Assembly: GCA_020137815.1 (NCBI GenBank)
Contig: CM035356.1
Span: 682,001 to 746,000, forward strand
Direction: 5' to 3'
Source of the DNA: Hormiphora californensis
Taxonomy: Eukaryota; Animalia; Ctenophora
Length of the DNA: 64,000 bases
Shown: positions 54,443 to 64,000 of the stretch, one piece after another
Layout of the letters: each line of letters starts with the position of its first letter
How positions within the stretch are numbered: the stretch's first letter is position 1
Translations under genes and position numbers: made by a program
The notes under the pieces: model-generated
The model's input: only the letters and a program-made list of their open reading frames with translations
Database searches by the model: none
What the model was told of the DNA's origin: nothing

Positions 54443-54694
54443 GAGAGAGAGAGAGAGATAGAGTGAGAGAGAGGACACAAGGTTGTTTGTAGTTTTTTTG
54501 GCGGTGGTCAGCTTTATTTTGGTACCACTTCTGTAAACCATGCTTTGCGGCTTTTGCACTCACCCCTTTATTGAACACATACACCTATATTAATTACCGC
54601 CCTATATTTACCTATATTTGCCACCCTTTGTTTTCTGATTTGTTGCATTGAAATGTCCTACTTTGTGTTCAGAGTTTGACGTCATGGTGTTACG

Positions 54695-57600
54695 ATGAGG
54701 TCTTCCAAGACGACGTCAGGTGGTGGCAGGACCACCACCACAACTTCGACAGAAAGGAATACCTCATCTTTTGTAAGTATACCCAGAAGGCAGAAAATAG
54801 GAACTTTTTCAAGGTTTTACTGTTGGCTTTCAAGTGTTTGGAGCATTAATTGATGTTAGAGAAAAAGCTAGAGAAGAAGACTTCTTCTTCACTTAGTGAT
54901 AGACATGTTTTACGGAGGAAGTATGGTATAGACGGCTATAGAGTTCACGCACACCATGTTTCAGAATCCAGCATCCAGCAAGAAGAAATATGTGGAGGTG
55001 TTCACTTCTGAGTCAGATACCCCTGTACCCAAGAAAAAGTCACCGAAGCAACCTAGAAAGCGTAAAAAATCATTCGTTCGGCGAATTTCTGGGCTATTTT
55101 CCGTTGATCCGGAGACTAAAGCCCGACGAAGCATAAAGAAACGTATATTATCCGCTGAAAAGCTAGTTAAAAACTCTCCTACACCAGTATCTCCCGTGAC
55201 AGTAGTTCCTCCGAGAGAATTCTGCCAGTGTGCCCGTCCTAAGCCCATAGCAACGACCCTGATGAAGACTCTCCATCCTGGTAACAGGGAAACAGAGGAA
55301 CAGGTCGATGTGTGTGAGTGCGGGGGACCAATGTTAACACCCAGTACCTGTACCTGCCAGAATCACCCTAGCAACAGCCCTAGCAACAGTGCCCGTTGCT
55401 GTGACTCCGAATACTGCACGTGCAGTAGCAGTAGCGAGGCGCAGTGTCGGAGCTGTAGGAGAAGTAGCGTGTTATTTGGCAGTGGGGATATCATTAGTGG
55501 AAGTAGAGTTGGAGCAGCAGCCTCACCCGATCTTATCACAACAGGATCCGATCTAACCAGCTCGGTATCCAGGGCAGGCCCGGGATGTTGGGGTGGTAAG
55601 AAGAAGAGAAGGAGAAAGAGGCCGAGTCTCACTGTCAGGAGGGCCACCAGCACGGTACCTTCTAGAAGGAACAGGAACAAGTCGAGTTCCTCCTGGAAGC
55701 CATCTCAAGAGTACTGCACGTGCTCAGAACGGGGTCAGAGTTCTGCGTGTGCAAGGTGTACACCAATTAAGAACCTGTCCCCTGGCCGGGGGGCTTCGTC
55801 ACAACCAGTTGCAAACAGAGCAACTGTTTCATCATCGAGCAGTGAAGAGGATGAGAGAGTCCAAACAAAAAGGAAAGAGAGAAAGGCACGGCCGAGAAGG
55901 ATAAACGAATGTTTGAAGGGAACAAAATCAGCCACACCTGCTGCAGCGAGTGCTGCTGCCAAGTCAGATGGGAGTCTGACGAACGTTTCAGATCTCTCTG
56001 ATAATGATGATGACGTCACAATATTTCCACCGGGTGTCATGACAACCACGGCTGGAACTTCCCTCCGCAAACAATCAGATAACCAGACAAACTTCTGCTC
56101 GTGTGGGAAGAGCAGCTACTTCTGTGATTGCTCCCATCCAGCACCAACTGTGATCGAGGAAGAAGAGGTAGAAGAACCTGACAATATGGATTCCATTGTT
56201 TCAGAGTCAAGTGCAGATAATGATGACACTAAATATCTGATCGGAGGGGGACGGATGGGGAAGAAGGTAGGAGGATGGCTGTGTTGTGGGGCACCAGATA
56301 CCCGCAGTGCCTCCGACACCACTTCAATTATCGACTCTGCCTATCCTGAATGATACTACAATCTGCAAGGATTGTAGGATTAGTAACCACGCTGACGATG
56401 TGAGTTTCTGTAAGTGTCCACCATCCCAACCACCAGACTGCAGAACTCCGATCTGTTCTGGTGAATCCTCTACCCATTCAGTATCACAACCCATACCTGC
56501 CACCTCCATGCCCCTATCACGGAGGGAATGGTTTACCCTGCCATGGTTTACCCCGGCTCACTGACCCTCAAATCGAGCCCTTCACTCATCCGAAAGGCGT
56601 CTATTCACGAGCTGGAGACCACTGTTGAGGAGGAGCTTGAGGATGATGAGGGCAAGACATTCCCTTCAACCACTCGACCTACCTCAACCTCGTTGGAGAA
56701 GAAGAGGTGCCCGTGCTGTGATCAAACTGAGACGATACTGACAGAAAGCGGTCTGTGTGCTCCATGCGAGGATATAACGTTAAATTCCGCACTGGATAAA
56801 ACATGTGGTGCTACGCCCGTTCCCATGGTAACATTCGACGAAGTTACCCGGGAGTATTCCATTCCTTCTCTTGATGAGGACCATGCAGGATATCTCCCTA
56901 TTACCCCCAATATCTTCAAACCAACACCCATTCTTGGAACATCCCCAGCTGTGACAACAAGGAAGACTTCCACAGCCAGTATTTACTCCATACCCGATGG
57001 AGGGTCAAGTGTGGTAACTAAGAATCCTCTGGAAAATGTTTTTGTTGCAATTCCCAAACACGCAATGACTGGCTTGAATCCTGTTAATCCTTCGATGACA
57101 CCTGTTCAAACGATTCCACCTGTGGCACCTGCTCTATCGATCCCAACTACGACACCTGTTACAATTCAGGCACCTACACTGGCTAATCCACCAACGCCTA
57201 ATTTAGAAAATCGTAACGTGATGACACCCCTTCAAAGCCTGGTATCCAGCAGAAATCCTAATTTGACTGCTGCTGTCCTTCCAGTTTCTACAACGACCGG
57301 AATGGTCACCTCCAGCAGAAATAGCACACCGTCTACTTGTCTTCCACCAACTCCAACTCCTGCGCAGATCGTACCACTTTCTGTTGCAGTTACTCCTTCA
57401 CAAAACACACCGGTGTTTGGAACTGCTGCTCCTTCACAAAACATACCGGTGTTTGGAACTGCTGCTCCTTCACAAAACACACCGGTGATTAGAACTGCTG
57501 CTCCTCCACAAAACATACCGGTGTTTGGAACTGCTGCTCCTTCACAAAACATACCGGTGTTTGGAACTGCTGCTCCTTCACAAAACATACCAGTGTTTGG

Positions 57601-60600
57601 AACTGCTGCTCCTTTACAAAACACACCGGTGTTTGGAACTGCTGCTCCTTCACAAAACACACCGGTGTTTGGAACTGCTGCTCCTTCACAAAACACACCG
57701 GTGTTTGGAACTGCTGCTCCTTCACAAAATATACCGGTGTTTGGATCTACTGCTGCTCCTTCACAAAACACACCGGTGTTCGGAACTGCTGCTCCTTCAC
57801 AAAACATACCGGTGTTTGGAACTGCTGCTCCTTCACAAAACACACCGGTGATTGGTACTACTGCTCCTTCACAAAACATACCAGTGTTTGGAACTGCTGC
57901 TCCTTCACAAAACACACCGGTGTTTGGAACTGCTGCTCCTTCACAAAACACACCGGTGTTTGGAACTGCTGCTCCTTCACAAAACACACCGGTGTTTGGA
58001 ACTGCTGCTCCTTCACAGAACACACCGGTGTTTGGAACTGCTGCTCCTTCACAAAACATACCGGTGTTTGGAACTGCTGCTCCTTCACAAAACACACCGG
58101 TGTTTGGAACTGCTGCTCCTTCACAGAACACACCGTTGTTTGGAACTGCTGCTCCTTTACAAAACACGCCAGTGTTTGGAACTGCTGCTCCTTCACAAAA
58201 TACACCGGTGCCTGCAGGAGTAATTAACACATTCGGAATTCAGAAGGTTTCAGTTATTTCCACTCAAAGTACTCCTACCATTCCAACAGCTACACCTACT
58301 GCAGCAGCAGCCCTGCATTTTGGGGTATCTGATCCCACATCCCGACCATCCACCGCCTCCCCTGAGATGCTTCTAATGTGTCGATTCTGTTCCACCCAGT
58401 TAGCCTCCCACAACTCAGAGGACCTGCTTTGTGAGTACTGTCAGCAGCTCCAAAGCACAGGATCCCCAATGTTTGGCACCTCGCCCAACCTCACATCCAC
58501 CTGTACTACTCCGCAAGCAGCAGAAAACCGCGAGAACGAGTTTGAGAGTCCAACTTGGTTGCGTGATCCTGAAACTCTGGAGAGTCCGTTACCCGCTGGC
58601 CGGGTCACATCTCCACCATGCGACATTGTTAGGTTCAGTCCGGCAAGTAGGGGCAGATTGTATAGAAAGAACTTCCGGGCAAGAAGTGCCACACCTGTAA
58701 ACTTGCCTTCAATCGCTGATGAAGAAGTCAGCTCAGAGGTTTCTGTTATTATTGGAGCTGGGGACACAAGTAGAGGGTCTACAAGGTGTGATGATAGCAT
58801 TGTTAAAGGTCTCTCACAGTGCAATATTATTCCGCTACAACAGAGTGCTATGCGGGCCTACCAACAAGGTTCGTTATAATACTTATCTCGTATTTTCAAA
58901 CTTATTTTAAAAACTCGCTTAGAAACCTCATTAATTCCTTTGTTATTTTTGGAATGTTTTATGAACCTACTTTTTATACCTTCCCCCAGATTTGGTTGTA
59001 TCCTACATGACCCGAGAGACGATGGACAACCCCATTCTACCCCAAACATTCCCTCTCACTAAAACCCCACCTGTACCTGCTCTATCCCCACCCCGTTCTG
59101 GTACGGGCTCCTTATCTGATGATGCCTTCTTCCTGGATCTCAATAACCAAAAGCCAAGTTTGCTGATCCGGGCTGAGGCGGAGGACGGGTATTTCTCACG
59201 GGAGTCTTACAACATCCAGGCTGCACCTATCATAACCCGTCCTAAAGTAGTAGAAGAAGAGAGAACTATTTCCTTACTCCCAGCAGCGTTTAGTTGTGTC
59301 ACGGGGCCGGGCTGAGTCTGAGGATAGCATGGGGAAACCGCAGGTGTATCCGTTACCTCAACTTACCAGCAGTGCTCCTTCATCAAAACAAATGTTGGAC
59401 CGAGCGAAACATTACCTCGGTTCTCGCTCCTACATGAACAAACCGTTCAGTAAAGGTAAGGACTTTGAACACACACTCCCGTGTGAGCCTAAAAGCATTA
59501 TCATATGACACCATCTGCATGTCTAATATTCAGAGGGTCTTTAGCTGTGCCTGCACTGCATTCAGCTGGTATATAATCCTACCCTCTACACACATTGAAT
59601 ATTTAATGCATGGTCAAGTGGTGGAGACTTTTTAACCACACGCACTCTGCAGTTTGTTGCATGATCTGTGTGTGTGGGGTGCTTGCAAAGACAGCCCTTT
59701 GTTTGTTATGAACTAGGGCTATAATACCTGCTGATTTATACTAATCTTGTTAATATGTTGTTAATATTAACATGTTGTTAATTTGTTATCATGCTGTTAA
59801 TATCCTCTCTTCTCTGCAGTGAAGAGTAATGTTGCTTCCCGGATGAAAGGTGACGAATTGTTACCCCTCCGTGATCTCCGGGGTGCCAGACTCCAACAGA
59901 GAGTCTTTGCCCGATGGATCAATATTCAGCTGCAAGATACTGACAAGAGGGTAAGTTAGAAATTAAATTAGTTGCTAATGAGATTCCACGAGATTCGGAA
60001 GTGCTGCCCCATCCTCCGAAATTTTGATAAACTAAACATTATTTAATAACCCCTTTGTAACAGGTAGAGAACCTGATACCAGATCTGCTTGATGGAACGG
60101 TGTTAGTTGAGCTAGTCCAGGCTCTGACAGGAGATAAGCTTCTGGACACAACTCCCACACCCTCCTCCACTGTAGAGTCCGTTACCAACCTTCAGGTACA
60201 AAATAATTTTTTGTAAAGCAAAAAAACCAAAAAGTTTTTGGATTCATGATGATAACTTCACGGCGTGCCTGGTGAAACTTTAACACGACCTAGCATGCTA
60301 CGGGAAACCACCACTTGTACGTGGTAGCTGAGGGTCTACAGAATGGCGCTACGGTGCGGGAAAAAACATTCCATTGCCTAAAATCTTTTTTTTTACTTTT
60401 ATTTGATTTGGGTCAAAATTGGCTATATTAAACGTGATCCCGAAAAATCCATAATGACTTAGCACACGAAATATGTCACCCCCATCTATTTTTGCACGTA
60501 GAATCGATTGCCGTTGAAGTCGAATCTCTAAAATGACTGTAAAATGGTCAAAAGTTGATTTTTTACCATTTTTTGGAGGTTTTAATCCTTCCAAATCGTG

Positions 60601-63600
60601 CTTTGAACATGAAATTTATAGGGGCAATGTAATTCCTTCACTAAATGGTGCTACTAGGTCCCCCCTACCACCAAACGGAAGTTTACCAACCAACTCCATG
60701 GGGGAGGTCCGCTAATTGACCTTAATTGGTCTTAATAATTTATCCCGTATCTTAAGAACATATCTACCCTTAGAAAAGGAGTTGAGAAAAAATCAAGGGC
60801 ACCAAAGTGGTCAGCGTCCTCGCATTAGTGGGGGTAGGTGCTGGAATTAAGTCTCTATCTCATCTGGTTAATTAGATAATTAGATAATTAGGTATGCGCA
60901 TAGCCGTTTGCTGGCCATATGGCTATAGCCACTTGGGAAAGGAGTATTGACAAAATCAAGGGCTCTAAAGTGTGTAGCATCCTCGCATTAGTGGGGGTAG
61001 GTGCTGAAATTAAGTCTCTATCTCAACTGGTTAATGAGATAATTGGATAATTAGTTTTGCGCATAGCCGTTTTTGGCCATATGGCTATAGCCGTTTAAGA
61101 TCGGTTTAGAGACTTTTTACTGGTGCCATTTTGTAGGCAATGGCCAAGTTATGGGGGGTCGACGTCGGACTTTTAAGCTCTATCTTCAACCGTTTAGCCG
61201 TTATACGGCTTTAAAGGTGCTCTAAATCGGGCTTTTTACCGTATTTTGCTCATTTTGAGCACCTTTAAAGCCGAATAACGGCTAAACGGTTGAAGATAGA
61301 GCTTAAAAGTCCGACGTCGACCCCCCATAACTTGGCCATTGCCTACAAAATGGCACCAGTAAAAAGTCTCTAAACCGATCTTAAACGGCTATAGCCATAT
61401 GGCCAAAAACGGCTATGCGCAAAACTAATTATCCAATTATCTCATTAACCAGTTGAGATAGAGACTTAATTTCAGCACCTACCCCCACTAATGCGAGGAT
61501 GCTACACACTTTAGAGCCCTTGATTTTGTCTCTACTCCTTTCCCAAGTGGCTATAGCCATATGGCCAGCAAACGGCTATGCGCATACCTAATTATCTAAT
61601 TATCTAATTAACCAGATGAGATAGAGACTTAATTCCAGCACCTACCCCCACTAATGCGAGGACGCTGACCACTTTGGTGCCCTTGATTTTTTTCTCAACT
61701 CCTTTTCTAAGGGTAGATATGTTCTTAAGATACGGGATAAATTATTAAGACCAATTAAGGTCAATTAGCGGACCTCCCCCATGGAGTTGGTTGGTAAACT
61801 TCCGTTTGGTGGTAGGGGGGACCTAGTAGCACCATTTAGTGAAGGAATTACGTTGCCCCTATAAATTTCATGTTTTGTCAAATTGTATACACGATTTGGA
61901 AGGATTATTTTTGGCCCCTAAACCATTGAAAATGTTGAGATAGGAATTTGAAACTAGTGCCAATCGTTAAAATGGTCATTTTTCTACCAAGAACCAAGTT
62001 TTCGTGTATATCCGATTTATGGTTAGATTTGGGCAAATTGTTGAAATCTGCCAACTAGGAGAACCGTAACTTGATTTTCTTGTTTTTTGGATTTTGGTAT
62101 TTTTGACAAACTTCTGATTGAAATGGTCAATCGGGACCCTGCTTAAGTTGTTTATGGGACAATTTTCGACTAAAATCCAAGATTTCATACCAATCCAATA
62201 ACAGATCGTTGATTTATAGAAAATTTAAGTAGGCAAAACGGTGAAAATAAGCAAGAAAAGTTTGACCGTTTTGCCTACTTAAATTTTCTATAAATCAACG
62301 ATCTGTTATTGGATTGGTATGAAATCTTGGATTTTAGTCGAAAATTGTCCCATAAACAACTTAAGCAGGGTCCCGATTGACCATTTCAATCAGAAGTTTG
62401 TCAAAAATGCCAAAATCCAAAAAACAAGAAAATCAAGTTACGGTTCTCCTAGTTGGCAGATTTCAACAATTTGCCCAAATCTAACCATAAATCGGATATA
62501 CACGAAAACTTGGTTCTTGGTAGAAAAATGCCCATTTTAACGATTGGCACTAGTTTCAAATTCCTATCTCAACGTTTTCAATGGTTTAGGGGCCAAAAAC
62601 CTCCAAAAAATGGTAAAAAATCAACTTTTGACCATTTTACAGTCATTTTAGAGATTCGACTTCAACGGCAATCGATTCTACGTGCAAAAATAGATGGGGG
62701 TGACATATTTCGTGTGCTAAGTCATTATGAACTTTTCGGGATCACGTTTAATATAGCCAATTTTGACCCAAATCAAATAAAAGTAAAAAAAAAGATTTTA
62801 GGCAATGGAATGTTTTTTCCCGCACCGTAGCGCCATTCTGTAGACCCTCAGCTACCACGTACAAGTGGTGGTTTCCCGTAGCATGCTAGGTCGTGTTAAA
62901 GTTTCACCAGGCACGCCGTGACTTATAGACCAGCATGCTGCATCAAAACTAATTTCGAATAAAATCTAGGCAGCACTAGATGCATTAGCCCTTGATGGAG
63001 TGGATCTAGCGGGCATAAATGCTTCATCATTGAACAGCGGAGATATACTACAACTACTAAGGTAAAAATAAAGTGGAGTATTGAAACAGAGAGTCAAAAG
63101 ACTTCAATTGGGAGCTGATGTTTTAGAGATGTTCTATAATTTTAACTATCCAGATTGGTATGGATTGTGGTGTTGCGGTACCAGGTCACTCTATGGGATG
63201 AGAATGGGATTGTAGAGATTGAGCCTGTTGAGGCCCTATTTGCCTGGTTGCAGAGACACGTTCCTGACATTGATAGAGAGTAAGTAGCTTGATTGGATTA
63301 ATCCAATTCAGTACAAAAGCTAGCTCATAACATAAAATCATTAAAACTGTTTCTTCAGAAATATCACAACTAAAACTGCTCCTTTAGAAATATCACAACT
63401 AAAATTGCTCCTTCAGAAATATAAGCAATAAAACTGCTCCTTCAGAAACATAACCAGTAACTGGGCCAATGGGAGGTTGTTGACATTGCTGGTAAATGAA
63501 GTTGCACCGGGGCTGTGCCCAGGTGGAAACTACACACAACTGGAAAACGGGCTCATGTTTATAGAGAGAGCAATGGACAGAGCTGAAGCCTGGCTAGGTG

Positions 63601-63608
63601 TACCACAG
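54695..63608 (+). CDS. Filamin-like protein (CH1-CH2 actin-binding domain) with very long N-terminal extension; continues beyond the window
   Basis: Exons (approx.) 54695-54772, 54965-58868, 58990-59455, 59819-59950, 60064-60195, 62970-63061, 63154-63279, 63446-63608. CH1 reads RLQQRVFARWINIQL..VENLIPDLLDGTVLVELVQAL..LLRLVWIVVLRYQV. CH2 reads [34 protein letters not shown] (filamin: [34 protein letters not shown]). Three frameshifts lie in the large exons. Confidence 0.85.
57388..58210 (+). repeat. 36-bp coding minisatellite (TAAPSQNTPVFG x23)
   Basis: ACTGCTGCTCCTTCACAAAACACACCGGTGTTTGGA units, in frame in ORF 56528-58879. Confidence 0.96.
60259..62920. mobile_element. Branched (Y-shaped) foldback DNA transposon with CMC/Chapaev-like ends, intronic in the filamin-like gene
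   Basis: CACGGCGTGCC...GGCACGCCGTG termini, 325-bp TIRs (60259-60583 / 62596-62920), 4-bp target duplication ACTT (60255-60258 and 62921-62924). The interior is two abutting hairpins, 60583-61907 and 61908-62599. Confidence 0.92.
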
Positions 63609-63712
63609 GTTTGAAATAAAATCCTATCATTTATATACATGTTTTAATTGCAGAAGCCTGACATTGTGTCCGTGCTAGAGTATGAACAATTTAAAGAAAT
63701 TCTAAACTTATA

Positions 63713-64000
63713 CAGTCGGACCCCGATTTAACGGCACCCTCGGGGGAAAGGGTTTTGTCCGTTAAATCGGGGTGTCCGTTAAATCGGGGTAGAGCCTATT
63801 TGGCCCATAAAACCCTATTTTTGTCCAAAATGCTATACTAAAACACTTTTAAATGTTAAATTGAAATAAAGTATCCATGTATTGATTATATAATCATTTC
63901 TGATTAGGAAAGGAAAATAATTTAAAAAAATTTATGAAAAATTTTCTAAGGTACACTACTACCAACCACGACCGAATCGTTTTTCGAATCAGTGCATCTT
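63713..64000. mobile_element. Left end of a longer member of the MITE family seen at 6152 (right end outside the window or lost)
   Basis: TA|CAGTCGGACCCCGATTTAACGGCACCCTCGGGGGAAAGG matches 6152 onward. The interior diverges after ~63790. Confidence 0.75.

Noticed and set aside
57232-58230. Minus-strand and alternate-frame repeat ORFs (GVFCEGAAVPNT etc.)
   Set aside because: Shadows of the 36-bp coding minisatellite.
60349-62830. Duplicate ORFs in the Y-shaped element as a possible transposase
   Set aside because: Short mirror-image ORFs from the inverted repeats, with no DDE or other recognisable motif.

Overview
Eukaryotic (metazoan invertebrate) genomic DNA: intron-rich genes with GT-AG introns, abundant (AG)n microsatellites, many inverted-repeat elements and one 100-N gap (27864-27963). 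The repeat families resemble those I recall from ctenophore (Pleurobrachia-like) assemblies, but that taxonomic call is an unverified inference. Six protein-coding genes can be assembled by hand: (1) a low-complexity scaffold with a C-terminal KIAA1614/Par6-like PDZ domain (+, 3974-15414); (2) a TDP2-like EEP-fold protein with most catalytic motifs substituted (+, 17172-19191); (3) a large Gln-rich/LPGQ-repeat protein fused to an armadillo-repeat array (+, 28776-47603); (4) a MATE/SLC47 transporter with an intronless CDS (-, 49706-51412); (5) a 190-aa two-exon orphan (-, 52350-53173); (6) a filamin-type CH1-CH2 actin-binding domain behind a ~1500-aa extension with Cys clusters and 23 FG-containing 12-aa repeats (+, 54695 to the window end). 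The most striking non-coding feature is a set of branched foldback elements. One 2.66-kb element (60259-62920, CAC..GTG ends, ACTT target duplication) can pair almost entirely into a three-arm Y. It shares a ~960-bp hairpin module with a differently terminated 3-kb multi-hairpin element (20296-23307), and the differences I compared between the two copies are mirrored in both arms. Also present are a Mutator/foldback-like element carrying a telomeric (TTAGGG)n core, a TSD-flanked tRNA/LINE composite retroposon, repeated tandem duplications of splice sites, and several frameshifts that are probably assembly indels. All gene models and family assignments come from manual reading, with no database searches.
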